A DNA stretch of 64,000 nt from an uncultured Acidobacteriota bacterium (GCA_964383585.1 CAYLHQ010000004.1:10939-74938), one strand, 5' to 3'; numbered from the stretch's first letter, positions 9,969 through 19,755 are shown. Notes: a model not told the origin generated them from the letters alone. Made by a program: numbers and translations.

Positions 9969-10348
9969 GGGTGGCGTTCGACACGAACCGCTACGTCGAC
10001 CTCTGCAAGGGGGTTCCGGAAACGGTTTCGATCGCGGAAACGGCGGAGGCCGTGTTCCTTCCCTTCGTGGTCGTCGCCGAGCTTCGGGCCGGGTTCGCCG
10101 CGGGACGCCGTCCCGGCGAGAACGAGCGCGTCCTCAGGCGGTTCCTCATGAAGAAGGGGGTCGGCGTCCTCTACGCCGGCGACGGCACCACGCATCGCTA
10201 CGCGGCGATCTTCCGGCAGCTTCGGACGCAGGGGACGCCGATCCCCGCGCACGATCCATGGATCGCAGCGCTCGTCCTCAAGCACGATCTCCTGCTGCAC
10301 TCCCGGGACCGGCACTTCGACCACGTGACGCAGATCGTGAGGGTGTGA
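9965..10348 (+). CDS. vapC: PIN-domain ribonuclease toxin VapC
   Basis: MRVAFDTNRYVD... (first acidic D), ...VVVAELRAG..., ...AHDPWIAAL..., ...LHSRDRHF. This is the classic PIN acidic quartet spacing. Confidence 0.85.
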   Translation: MRVAFDTNRYVDLCKGVPETVSIAETAEAVFLPFVVVAELRAGFAAGRRPGENERVLRRFLMKKGVGVLYAGDGTTHRYAAIFRQLRTQGTPIPAHDPWIAALVLKHDLLLHSRDRHFDHVTQIVRV

Positions 10349-10386
10349 ACCCCGGTGTTGCGGTCTCCCTCACGCTCTTGCATCCT

Positions 10387-10409
10387 GAGCCTCCCAGAAC
10401 AGGAGGCTC
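10387..10409 (+). promoter_or_regulatory. hairpin that pairs the S46 peptidase Shine-Dalgarno
   Basis: GAGCCTCC (10387-10394) and GGAGGCTC (10402-10409) form a perfect 8-bp inverted repeat with a 7-nt loop. The 3' arm contains the AGGAGG SD, 5 nt before ATG 10414. Confidence 0.3.
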
Positions 10410-10413
10410 CCGA

Positions 10414-12597
10414 ATGCGCGCCGCCCTTCGAATCCTCACCCTCCTACCCGTCGCTCTCGCGTCTCCCCTCTCCGCCGACGAGGGGATGTGGCTTCCCCGG
10501 CAGGTGCCGGCGCTCGCCGAGCGGCTCGCTGCGGCGGGCTTCGAGGGAGATGCCCGCGCCTTCGCCGACCTGACCGGGCAGCCCATGGGGGCGATCGTCT
10601 CGCTCGGGGGGTGCAGCGCCTCGTTCGTTTCCCCCGAGGGGCTCGTGGTCACGAACCACCACTGCGTGACCGGGGCGCTGCAGTACAACGCGACCCCGGA
10701 GCGCAATCTCCTCGTCGACGGCTACCATGCCCGCAGCGGGGAGGAAGAGCTCCCGGCAGGGCCCGGCTCGCGACTCTACGTCACCACCCGCGTGAAGGAC
10801 GTGACCGCCGACTTCGAGAAACGGATGAAGCCCGGCCTCACCGACCGCGAGCGGCACGATGTGGTCGATGTCTGGGTCAAGAAGCGGACGGCCGACTGCG
10901 AGAAAGGCGGCTCGAGGTGCCGGATCGCCTCCTTCTTCGGAGGGCTCGAGTGGCTCGAGATCGAGCAACTCGAGATCCAAGACGTGCGCCTCGTCTACGC
11001 GCCTCCCGAGGGGATCGGGAATTTCGGCGGCGAGGCCGACAACTGGCGGTGGCCGCGTCACGTCGGCGACTTCGCGTTCTACCGGGCCTACGTGCGGCCC
11101 GACGGCACGCCGGGCCCCTACGCCAAGGAGAACGTTCCCTACCGCCCGAATCGGTGGCTAGCGGTCTCGCCGAAGGGAGCGAACCCGGGCGATCTCGTCT
11201 TCGTCGCGGGCTACCCCGGTTCGACCGAGCGTCATCAGACCTACGGCGAGATCGCCGAAACGGCGGAGTGGAACCTGCCCCGTTCGATCCGGCGCGCGGA
11301 AGAGCAGATCGCCCTGGCCGACGCACTCGCGGCGGCGGGCACCGACATCGCGATCAAGGTCGAGAACCTGCGCCGGGGTCTCGCGAATGGCCTCACGAAC
11401 AATCGGGGGACGCTCGAGGGAATGAAGCGCGACCGCATCCTGGAACGGAAGAAGGAACGGCAGGACGAGCTGGTCGCATGGATCGCGGCGAGGCCGGAGC
11501 GGACGCGCGAGTTCGGGGGCGTCGTCTCCGACCTGGAGGCGCTCCGGGAAGAGAAGAACCGGACCCGCGAGCGCGACGCGGTGTACCGGGCTCTCGTCGG
11601 CGGACGCGGAGCGCTCCTCTCGGCGGCGGACACGCTGTATCAGCTCTCCCTGAACCGGCCGAAAAAGGACCTCGATCGGGAGAGCGAATACCAGGAGCGG
11701 AACTGGCGGCGCACGCGCGAGTCGCTCGAACGCCTCCAGAAGTACCTCGATCCGACGGTCGACCGGGCCTTTCTCCGGTATGTCGTCGTCGAGGCGGCAG
11801 CCCTCCCCGCGGGCTCGCGCATCGAGGCGATCGACCGGGCGGCTGGGCTCGCGCCCGGGATGTCGCAGGGCGACGCGGAAAAGGCGATCGACGCCTTCCT
11901 CGACCGACTCTACGCGGGTACGAAGCTGTTCGATCGGGAATACAGGGTCGGGCTTTTCGAGAAGTCGACGAAGGAGCTTCTCGCGACGGGGGACACGTTC
12001 CTCGAACTCGCCGCCGCGCTCGACCCGCTGGGGCGCGAGATCCTCGAAGCGTCCAAGGCGAGGGAGGGGGCCCGCTACCGCCTCGTGCCGCGCTACATGA
12101 AGGCCCTTCTCGCACAGGCCGGTGGGCTGACGGCCCCAGACGCGAACGGGACGCTCCGGGTGACCTACGGGCGGGTGCAGGGGGTCGACGGCAAGGACGG
12201 CCTCTTCCTCAAGCCCCAGACGACGCTCGCGGGGATCCCCCCGAAACACACGGGGGAGGGTGAGTTCGACGCTCCCGACCGTCTCCTCGAGGCGATCGAG
12301 AAGCTCCGCTCCGGCGCGAAGACCCCCTATCTCGATCCGGCGCTGGGGGACGTTCCCGTCGACTTCCTTTCGACCGCCGACACGACCGGGGGGAACTCCG
12401 GCTCCGCGACGCTCAACGCGCGTGGGGAACTCTGCGGCCTGCTCTTCGACGGGATGTACGAGACGGTCGCTTCGGATATCCTCTACGATCCCGTGCGCAC
12501 GAGGTCGATCCACGTCGACTCGCGGTACATGCTCTGGGTACTCTCCGAGGTCGCTGGGGCGGAGGAGCTGCTGCGGGAGCTGGGGATGCGGGAATGA
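10414..12597 (+). CDS. S46 family serine peptidase (dipeptidyl-peptidase 7/11-like)
   Basis: Signal peptide followed by the hallmark DEGMWLP, catalytic His in VVTNHHC, and Ser in TTGGNSGSA. About 727 aa. Confidence 0.9.
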   Translation: MRAALRILTLLPVALASPLSADEGMWLPRQVPALAERLAAAGFEGDARAFADLTGQPMGAIVSLGGCSASFVSPEGLVVTNHHCVTGALQYNATPERNLLVDGYHARSGEEELPAGPGSRLYVTTRVKDVTADFEKRMKPGLTDRERHDVVDVWVKKRTADCEKGGSRCRIASFFGGLEWLEIEQLEIQDVRLVYAPPEGIGNFGGEADNWRWPRHVGDFAFYRAYVRPDGTPGPYAKENVPYRPNRWLAVSPKGANPGDLVFVAGYPGSTERHQTYGEIAETAEWNLPRSIRRAEEQIALADALAAAGTDIAIKVENLRRGLANGLTNNRGTLEGMKRDRILERKKERQDELVAWIAARPERTREFGGVVSDLEALREEKNRTRERDAVYRALVGGRGALLSAADTLYQLSLNRPKKDLDRESEYQERNWRRTRESLERLQKYLDPTVDRAFLRYVVVEAAALPAGSRIEAIDRAAGLAPGMSQGDAEKAIDAFLDRLYAGTKLFDREYRVGLFEKSTKELLATGDTFLELAAALDPLGREILEASKAREGARYRLVPRYMKALLAQAGGLTAPDANGTLRVTYGRVQGVDGKDGLFLKPQTTLAGIPPKHTGEGEFDAPDRLLEAIEKLRSGAKTPYLDPALGDVPVDFLSTADTTGGNSGSATLNARGELCGLLFDGMYETVASDILYDPVRTRSIHVDSRYMLWVLSEVAGAEELLRELGMRE

Positions 12598-13304
12598 ATC
12601 GGAGGACACTTCTCGGGCCGGTCTGCGCCGCTCTGTTGCTCGCGACGGCGACCTCCCGAGCGAAACCGGCCGCGGAGCCGTCCGCGACGACTCCGATGGG
12701 GCCCGCGCTACGCCTCCCCGCGACCTTTCGCGGCGACCTCCCCTGCGCCGACTGCGAGGCGATCCGCCATCATCTCGACCTCTGGCCCGACCGTGTGTTC
12801 CACCTGCGGCGGGAGTGGCGCGGGGAAGGCCTGGTCCGCGACGACATCGGGCGGTGGGACTACGACCCGGCGCGCCGCGCGCTCGTCCTCCGGGGCGGCG
12901 CCGAGATGCCCCTCCAATTCGAGATCCTCGCGCCGGACCGGATCCGGGCTCTCGACATGCAGGGAAAACCGATCGTGTCGGACCTCCCGTACGACCTCGC
13001 GACCGACGGGACCCTCGCTCCCACGGACCTCTCCCTCTTCCTCGCGGGCGACGTGCGCTACATGGCCGACGCCGCACGGTTCACGGAGTGCCTGACCGGG
13101 CGGAGCTACCCGATCGCGATGGAGGGGGACTTCGTCGCCCTCGAACGGGCCTACCGCGAGGCCGTCGGCGAGCCGGGTGGCCTTCTCCACGTGACGTTCG
13201 AGGGAGAGATCGTGCCGCGCTCCAAGATGGAGGGAGACGGACTCGAGCGGAGCGTCGTCGTCCGGAAGTTCGTCGGGGTGTGGCCGGGCAGGAGCTGTCC
13301 CTGA
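12594..13304 (+). CDS. NlpE/CutF-like N-terminal-domain lipoprotein (copper/envelope stress family)
   Basis: Signal peptide, then the motif GDLPCADCEAIRHHLDL typical of the NlpE N-domain. ATGA overlap with the S46 stop. Confidence 0.6.
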   Translation: MNRRTLLGPVCAALLLATATSRAKPAAEPSATTPMGPALRLPATFRGDLPCADCEAIRHHLDLWPDRVFHLRREWRGEGLVRDDIGRWDYDPARRALVLRGGAEMPLQFEILAPDRIRALDMQGKPIVSDLPYDLATDGTLAPTDLSLFLAGDVRYMADAARFTECLTGRSYPIAMEGDFVALERAYREAVGEPGGLLHVTFEGEIVPRSKMEGDGLERSVVVRKFVGVWPGRSCP

Positions 13305-13484
13305 CCGGGTGCGGCGGCGCGCGACCGCGACCTCGGCGGGAGTAGCTCCGGCGAGGAGCCCCGAGCCGATGGGAACGACGCAGCGCCCGGCGATCCGCTC
13401 CGCCTCGAGGATCGGAAGAGCGTGAAGGCGCGGATCACCGCGGCGATCGTGACCCCCATCGACCATCTGTTTCCTTGAAGAAGA

Positions 13485-13781
13485 CTACCCGCCGGCGATC
13501 GCGCCGAGGACGACGTACGGCTCGGCTCCTCGCACGACGTCGTCGGGGAGAGGGTCGTCCGGCGCGGCGTCCGAAAGGTCCCGCCCGCACGCGTAGAACC
13601 GCACGTACGCCCGGCGCTTTCCGGTGGCCCGTTCCCGGATCGTTCCGGCGAGCGCCGGGTGGCGGGTTTCGAGCGCATCCAAGAGCGCCCGCTGCGTCGC
13701 CGGCCCTTCGATTTCGAGGACGACACGACCTTCGATCCGTGCGAGAGCCCGGAGCGGCGAGGGGAGGACGACGTGGATCAT
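13485..13781 (-). CDS. MoaD/ThiS-family ubiquitin-like sulfur-carrier protein, C-terminal diglycine
   Basis: 98 aa ending ...VVLGAIAGG followed directly by the stop. The ATG overlaps the stop of the BNR gene (ATGA at 13778-13781). Confidence 0.8.
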   Translation of the reverse strand: MIHVVLPSPLRALARIEGRVVLEIEGPATQRALLDALETRHPALAGTIRERATGKRRAYVRFYACGRDLSDAAPDDPLPDDVVRGAEPYVVLGAIAGG

Positions 13782-14893
13782 GGGAGCGTCTGCGCCTCGA
13801 CCGAGAGGACGGCGGGGAGGTCGCGCACGATCGGCGTCCACGAGTCCCCCTCGTCCGAGGATGCGTAAACCTGGCCGCCGGTCGTCCCGAAGTAGACGCC
13901 GCACGGGTCGAGCGCGTCGACGGCCGTCGCCTCGCGGAGGACGTTGACGTAGCAGTGCTCCTGGGGGAGCCCCTTCGTGAGCGGCTCCCACTCGTTTCCA
14001 CCCGAGCGGCTCCTGTAGACGCGCAGCTTTCCCTCCGGGGGGTAGTGGAGCGAATCGCTCGTGAACGGGACGACGTAGATCGTCTCGGGCTCGTGGGCGT
14101 GGACCTCGATCGGGAACCCGAAGTCGGTCGGGAGATTTCCGCTCACTTCCCGCCACGAATCGCCCGCGTCGTCGCTGCGCATCACGTCCCAGTGCTTCTG
14201 CATGAAGAGAACCCCGGGGCGGGACGGATGCATCGCGATGCGATGGACGCAGTGGCCGACCTCGGCTTCCGGATCGGGGAGGTACTCCGACTCGAGCCCG
14301 CGGTTGGTCGGCTTCCAGGTCGCCCCCGCGTCGTCGGAACGAAAGGCGCCGGCGGCCGAGATCGCGATGAAGATCCGACTTTCGTTCGAGGGATCGACCA
14401 GGATCGTGTGGAGGCACAAGCCCCCCGCCCCCGGCATCCACTGCGGACCCGATCCGTGGCCGCGCAGCCCCGCCAACTCCTTCCAGGTCCTCCCGCCGTC
14501 CGCGGTTCGAAAGAGGGCGGCGTCCTCCACCCCGGCGAGAACGACCTCGGGATCGGTGCGCGAGGGTTCGAGATGCCAGACGCGCTTGAATTTCCAGGGA
14601 AGGAGCGAGCCGTCGTAGTCCTGGTGCGTCCCCGTCTCCCCCTCGTAGGCGAACTCGTTGCCGACGGTTTCCCAGTGCTTTCCGCCGTCCTCGGAGCGCT
14701 GCATCACCTGCCCGAACCAGGCGCTCGCCTGCGACGCCCAGATCCGGTCGGGCTCCGCCGGCGAGCCCTTCAGGTGGTAGATCTCCCAGCCGGCGAAGTG
14801 CGGGCCGGAGACCTCCCACCGGAGGCGCTTCCCGTCGGATGTGAGGACGAAGGCCCCTTTGCGCGTTCCCACCAGCAACCGGACACCGCTCAT
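13778..14893 (-). CDS. BNR/Asp-box repeat beta-propeller protein, no signal peptide
   Basis: Five Asp-boxes ([39 protein letters not shown]). The start [15 protein letters not shown] (ATG 14893) is preceded by GGAGGA. Confidence 0.8.
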   Translation of the reverse strand: MSGVRLLVGTRKGAFVLTSDGKRLRWEVSGPHFAGWEIYHLKGSPAEPDRIWASQASAWFGQVMQRSEDGGKHWETVGNEFAYEGETGTHQDYDGSLLPWKFKRVWHLEPSRTDPEVVLAGVEDAALFRTADGGRTWKELAGLRGHGSGPQWMPGAGGLCLHTILVDPSNESRIFIAISAAGAFRSDDAGATWKPTNRGLESEYLPDPEAEVGHCVHRIAMHPSRPGVLFMQKHWDVMRSDDAGDSWREVSGNLPTDFGFPIEVHAHEPETIYVVPFTSDSLHYPPEGKLRVYRSRSGGNEWEPLTKGLPQEHCYVNVLREATAVDALDPCGVYFGTTGGQVYASSDEGDSWTPIVRDLPAVLSVEAQTLP

Positions 14894-14930
14894 CGTTTCC
14901 TCCTTCTCGAATTTCGGGCAGTATACGGCG

Positions 14931-16067
14931 ATGGCCGGGCTTTCGAACCAGGAAGTGCTCCGGTACAGCCGCCACCTGCTGATGCCGGAGGTGACGCTCG
15001 AGGGGCAGGAGCGGCTCAAGCGGGCGCGCGTCCTCTGCGTCGGGGCCGGAGGGCTCGGTTCCCCGCTCACGCTCTACCTCGCGGCGGCGGGGGTCGGAAC
15101 GATCGGCATCGTCGAGTACGACACCGTCGACCTCACGAACCTTCAGCGGCAGGTGCTTTACGGGACCGGGGACGTCGGCCGGCCGAAGCTCGAGGCGGCG
15201 GTCGCGAGACTCGCCTCCTTGAACCCCGAGATCGAGATCGTTCCGCACCCGGTGAGGCTCACGAGCGCGAACGTGATGGAGACCCTCCGCGGCTACGACG
15301 CGGTCGCCGACGGAAGCGACAACTTCCCCACCCGCTACCTGGTGAACGACGCGTCGGTCCTCCTCGGGAAGCCGAACGTCCATGCGAGCATCTTCCGCTT
15401 CGACGGGCAGGTGAGCGTCTTCGATGCCGCGCGCGGCCCCTGCTACCGCTGCCTCTTCCCCCAACCCCCGCCTCCCGGCCTCGTCCCGTCGTGCGCCGAG
15501 GGCGGGGTGCTGGGGGTCCTTCCGGGGATCGTCGGTTCGCTCCAGGCGCTCGAGGTCCTCAAGATCGTCCTCGGCGTCGGGGAGCCGCTCGTCGGAAGGC
15601 TCGTCCTCTTCGACGCCCTCGGCTTCGTCTTCCGGGAGATCGCGATCGCGAAGGACCCGTCGTGTGCGGTCTGCGGCGATGCGCCCACCATCACCGCCCC
15701 GATCGACTACGACGCGTTCTGCGGCGTCGGCCCGAGCGAGGTCGAAGGGGTTCCGACGATCTCCGTCGAGGAGTTCGAGGCGCGGAGCGCGGACGGCGAG
15801 CGTTTCGATCTCCTCGACGTCCGGGAGCGGCACGAGTGGGAGATCGTGCGCATCCCGGGGGCGACCCTCTTTCCGATGAGCGAAGTCGCGTCACGCCTCC
15901 ACGAGCTCGACCCGACGCGCGCCTACACGATCTCGTGCCACCGCGGGGTCCGGAGCCGGCAGGTGTACCACCTGCTGCGGCGCGCCGGTTTCGAGAAGCT
16001 GACGATCCTCGAGGGAGGGGTCGACGCGTGGGCCGAACGAGTCGATCCGACGATGCCGCGGTACTGA
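14931..16067 (+). CDS. MoeB/ThiF-type E1-like adenylyltransferase fused to a rhodanese domain (MoeZ/MoeBR architecture)
   Basis: [11 protein letters not shown], the nucleotide loop GAGGLGSP, the CxxC pairs CYRC and CAVC, and a C-terminal rhodanese with active-site loop CHRGVRS. Confidence 0.9.
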   Translation: MAGLSNQEVLRYSRHLLMPEVTLEGQERLKRARVLCVGAGGLGSPLTLYLAAAGVGTIGIVEYDTVDLTNLQRQVLYGTGDVGRPKLEAAVARLASLNPEIEIVPHPVRLTSANVMETLRGYDAVADGSDNFPTRYLVNDASVLLGKPNVHASIFRFDGQVSVFDAARGPCYRCLFPQPPPPGLVPSCAEGGVLGVLPGIVGSLQALEVLKIVLGVGEPLVGRLVLFDALGFVFREIAIAKDPSCAVCGDAPTITAPIDYDAFCGVGPSEVEGVPTISVEEFEARSADGERFDLLDVRERHEWEIVRIPGATLFPMSEVASRLHELDPTRAYTISCHRGVRSRQVYHLLRRAGFEKLTILEGGVDAWAERVDPTMPRY

Positions 16068-16076
16068 GATGGTCGC

Positions 16077-16490
16077 ATGAGGCGCCCCCGCGGCCGAGCC
16101 CTCGCCCCGGTGGCGGGGGAGTTCCGGGCCCTCGCGGTCACGATCGTGCCCCGTGCCTCCGGTCTCGACGAGAAAGGCTGGCGCATCCTCGAGACGATCG
16201 TGGACGAGGCGCTCGCGCCGCGTCCCGAGGCGATGAAGAGGCAGTTGCGGCTTTTCGTCCGCGTCCTCCAATGGCTTCCGCTCCTCCGCCACGGGCGCAC
16301 CTTCGCCGGGCTCGATCCCCGCCGTCGCCTCGAGTTCCTGCGCGGGATCGAGCGCTCCCGGATTCTCCCCGTCCGCCGGGGGTTCTGGGGATTGCGTACC
16401 CTCGTGCTTCTCGGCTACTGGGGGCGCCCCGAAGCCGCCGCCACGATCGGGTACCGGGCGCACCCCGGCGGCTGGGCCGCGCGGCGATGA
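16077..16490 (+). CDS. small subunit-like protein of GMC dehydrogenases (gluconate 2-dehydrogenase subunit 3-like)
   Basis: 137 aa with ATGA overlap onto the GMC gene. The C-terminal pattern ...RRGFWGLRTLVLLGYW... resembles that family. Confidence 0.5.
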   Translation: MRRPRGRALAPVAGEFRALAVTIVPRASGLDEKGWRILETIVDEALAPRPEAMKRQLRLFVRVLQWLPLLRHGRTFAGLDPRRRLEFLRGIERSRILPVRRGFWGLRTLVLLGYWGRPEAAATIGYRAHPGGWAARR

Positions 16491-18016
16491 TCGAGCGGCG
16501 GGTCGACGTCGCGATCGTCGGGTCGGGGGCGGGAGGGGGCACCGTCGCGCAGGCGCTCGCCCCCCTCGTCCGCGAGGGGCTTTCGGTCGTCGTCTTCGAG
16601 AAGGGCGCGCGGCTCGAAGCGCACGAGTTCACCGGGCGCGAGATCGAGATGGCCTCCGCCCTCTACGAGGACGGCGGCGGGTTCCTCACGGCCGACGGGA
16701 CGCTCACCCTCGCCCTCGGCACCGCCTACGGGGGATCGACCGTCGTCTACACCGGCACGTCGCTCCGGGCACCGGAACGAGTGATCCGCGCGTGGGACGT
16801 CCCCGGTCTCGACCACGCCGACGTGATCGCGCGGTCGGAGCGGTACGAACGGGAGAACCACGTCCAACTCCTCCCCGAGGAGGAGCTCAACGACAACAAC
16901 CGGCTGTTCGTCGAGGGATGCCGCAAGGCGGGATACCGCGCCGAGCAGTTCCCGCTCAACCTTCGCGGCTGCCTCGGCTCGAGCCTGTGCAACCTCGGAT
17001 GCCCCAACGCCGCGAAGCAGGGAACGCACCGGGTGCAGTTGCCGAGCGCGGAGCGGCAGGGAGTGCGGGTCGTCACCCGCGCGGAAGTGCTCCGCGTCGA
17101 GGAGCGCGCTCTCCTCGTCCGCGTCGCGCCGAAGGCTCCCGGCGCGAAGGGGCTCCCCTCCGAGTGGGAGCCCGGGACGTACCGGGTGCGGACCGCGGTC
17201 GTCGTACTCGCGGCGGGATCGGTCGGAACGCCCGCCCTTCTCCTGCGCTCCTCGCTTCCCGGCCTCCCTCGCCGCGTCGGGGAAGGGTTCACCTGCCACC
17301 CCGCGCACATCCTCGTGGGCGAGCACAGGCGGCCGATCACGAACGACGTCGGCCACCCGAAGTCGTTCTACGTCGACCGTGCGGTCGAGGAGGGGTTCCT
17401 CCTCGAGACCTGCATGTACTTCCCGTTCACGACGGCGAAGAACCTCGTCGGGTTCGGGGAGGAGCACGCCCGCTTCCTCGAGGCCTACCCCCACCTTCAG
17501 ATGATTCTCGTCCTCGTCTGCGACCGTGCGACGGCGGGAAACCGCGTCGCGGTCGATCGCGACGGCCGGCCGGTCGTCCACTACCGCTTCACCCCCGAGG
17601 TCGTCCGCGCGCTCGTGCGCGGGACCCGCGCCTCCGCACGGATCTTCTTCGCCGCAGGGGCGCTCCGGGTCCACGCGCCGGAGGCCGACCCACCCGTCCT
17701 GGAGGCGGACGAGGCGCCGCGGATCGACGAGCGGATCCTCGAACGCCACTTCCTTCCGGGGAGGACCTCGGTCTCGGCGGCCCATCCGATGGGAGGGTGC
17801 GGGATGGGCCGCGGGGCCGGAGATTCCGTCACCGACGCGTGGGGAAGGGTGCACGGGATCCCGTGGCTCCGCGTGGCCGACGCGAGCCTCTTCCCCGATT
17901 CGCTCGAGATCAACCCGTACCTGACGATCATGGCCCTGGCCGACCGCGCGGCCGAGGCGGTGCGAACCGACGCGCGGGATCTCCTCGCCTCGGCGCGAAA
18001 GGGGAGGAATGCATGA
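16487..18016 (+). CDS. GMC-family FAD oxidoreductase
   Basis: N-terminal FAD fold VDVAIVGSGAGGG, a C-terminal GMC signature region ...SAAHPMGGCGMG...LRVADASLFP. This is only the last third of the 1513-aa track ORF. Confidence 0.9.
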   Translation: MIERRVDVAIVGSGAGGGTVAQALAPLVREGLSVVVFEKGARLEAHEFTGREIEMASALYEDGGGFLTADGTLTLALGTAYGGSTVVYTGTSLRAPERVIRAWDVPGLDHADVIARSERYERENHVQLLPEEELNDNNRLFVEGCRKAGYRAEQFPLNLRGCLGSSLCNLGCPNAAKQGTHRVQLPSAERQGVRVVTRAEVLRVEERALLVRVAPKAPGAKGLPSEWEPGTYRVRTAVVVLAAGSVGTPALLLRSSLPGLPRRVGEGFTCHPAHILVGEHRRPITNDVGHPKSFYVDRAVEEGFLLETCMYFPFTTAKNLVGFGEEHARFLEAYPHLQMILVLVCDRATAGNRVAVDRDGRPVVHYRFTPEVVRALVRGTRASARIFFAAGALRVHAPEADPPVLEADEAPRIDERILERHFLPGRTSVSAAHPMGGCGMGRGAGDSVTDAWGRVHGIPWLRVADASLFPDSLEINPYLTIMALADRAAEAVRTDARDLLASARKGRNA

Positions 18017-19755
18017 AACCCGGCGCCGAGATCGTGCTCCGTGCGCTCGAGGACGAGCGGATTCCCTTCGCCTTCGGGATTCCGGGGACGCACAACATCG
18101 AGCTGTACGACGCGCTCGGAGCGTCCGAGACCGTACGGCCCGTCCTCGTGACCGACGAGCAGAGCGCTTCCTTCATGGCCGACGCCGTGTGGCGCGCCTC
18201 GGGCCGGATGGCCTGCGTCAACGTCGTCCCCGGCGCGGGGCTGACCCACGCCCTCTCCGGGATCGCCGAGGCGTTCCTCGACAACGTGCCGATGCTGGTT
18301 CTCGGCTGCGGGATCCGTCGCGACACCGGGATGGCCTTCCAGCTCCACGACGTCGACCAGCTCGCGATCACGCGCCCCGTGACGAAAGGAGTGTTCCGCC
18401 CCGAGCGCGGGGAGGAGATCTACGCGACCGTGCGCCGCGCCTGCCGCCTCGCCCGCGAGGGGGTTCCCGGGCCGGTGATGGTCGAGATCCCGGCGAACCT
18501 CTACTTCTTCCGTCACGAGCCGGGGTTCGACGCCTACCGCGAGGAACCGTCCGCCCTCGCGCGGCCGGCGGAGGCCGACGTCGAGCGGGCGGCCGCGATC
18601 CTCTCCCGTGCGAAGGCGCCGCTTCTCTACCTCGGCCTCGGCGCGGTAGGGGCGGGGGAGCGGCTCGTCGCGCTCGCGGAGCGGCTCGAGTCTCCCGTCT
18701 CGTCGACCTTCCAGGGGAAGGGGGTCTTCCCCGAGTCGCACCCGCTCTTCCTGTGGCCGGGATTCGGTGCCGCGGCGCCGCCGTTCGCGCGCGAGATCGC
18801 GAAGGCGTGCGACGCGACCCTCGCGATCGGGTGCCGGTTCGGAGAGGTCGCGACGGGGAGCTACGGCGCGGTCCCTCCGGGACCTCTCGTCCACGTCGAC
18901 CTCTCCCCCGACGTTCCTGGCAGGAACTACCCGGCCGAGGTCGCGATCGAGGCGGACGCCGCCGCGTTCGTCGAGGCGCTCCTTCCGCGCCTCGCGAAGC
19001 GCGCGGCGAATCCGGCGCTCCGAGACGCGATCCGGCAGGGGCATGCGCGCATCGCGGCCGACCGGGGCGCGATCCCCGAGGGAACGGGGGTCGCCCCCGA
19101 GCGCCTCCTTCCGGCGCTCCAGTCGAAATTCGGTCCGGAGACGATCGTCACGACCGACAGCGGGAACGGGACCTTCCTCGCGGTCGAGATGCTCCGCCTC
19201 GACGCGGCCGGAAGGCTCCTCGCCCCGGTCGACTACTCGTGCATGGGGTACGCCGTCCCGGCGGCGATCGGCGCGAAGCTCGCGTGCCCCGGCTCCCCGG
19301 TCGTCGCCCTCGCGGGGGACGGTGCCTTCCTCATGACCGGGCTCGAGCTCCTGACCGCCTCGCAGCTGGGGGTGGGCGTCGTCGTGATCGTGCTCCGCGA
19401 CGGGGAACTCGCGCAGATCGCGCAGTTCCAGGACGTCGCGCTCGACCGGAAGGTCGCGAGCGAGCTTCCGGGCTACGACGTCGCCTCGATCTGCCGCGGG
19501 GTGGGGGTCGAGTGCCTCGCGCTCCCGTCCGATCGGGAGATCGACGCCGTACTCGATCGGGCCCGCGCGATCGCGTCGTCCGGACGCCCGGTCGCGATCG
19601 ACGCCGCGATCGACTACTCGCGGAAGACCTTCTTCACGCGCGGGGTCGTCGCGACGAACCTGCGCCGCCTTCCCTGGCGCGACCGCCTGCGGTTCGTCGG
19701 GCGGGCGCTCGGACGGAAGGCTGCGGGGATCTTGCCCGGCGGAGGGGCTTCCTGA
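18013..19755 (+). CDS. thiamine-pyrophosphate-binding enzyme (acetolactate-synthase-like)
   Basis: N-terminal PYR domain (GIPGTHNIELYDAL) and a TPP-binding motif GDGAFLMTGLEL. ATGA overlap with the GMC stop. Confidence 0.9.
   Translation: MKPGAEIVLRALEDERIPFAFGIPGTHNIELYDALGASETVRPVLVTDEQSASFMADAVWRASGRMACVNVVPGAGLTHALSGIAEAFLDNVPMLVLGCGIRRDTGMAFQLHDVDQLAITRPVTKGVFRPERGEEIYATVRRACRLAREGVPGPVMVEIPANLYFFRHEPGFDAYREEPSALARPAEADVERAAAILSRAKAPLLYLGLGAVGAGERLVALAERLESPVSSTFQGKGVFPESHPLFLWPGFGAAAPPFAREIAKACDATLAIGCRFGEVATGSYGAVPPGPLVHVDLSPDVPGRNYPAEVAIEADAAAFVEALLPRLAKRAANPALRDAIRQGHARIAADRGAIPEGTGVAPERLLPALQSKFGPETIVTTDSGNGTFLAVEMLRLDAAGRLLAPVDYSCMGYAVPAAIGAKLACPGSPVVALAGDGAFLMTGLELLTASQLGVGVVVIVLRDGELAQIAQFQDVALDRKVASELPGYDVASICRGVGVECLALPSDREIDAVLDRARAIASSGRPVAIDAAIDYSRKTFFTRGVVATNLRRLPWRDRLRFVGRALGRKAAGILPGGGAS

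Noticed and set aside
13475-18016. 1513-aa plus-strand ORF, the longest in the track
   Set aside because: Only its last 509 codons (16487-18016) are a real GMC oxidoreductase. Upstream it is Arg/Pro/Gly-rich shadow running antisense through the MoaD-like and BNR genes and out of frame through moeZ, where well-supported genes explain the sequence.
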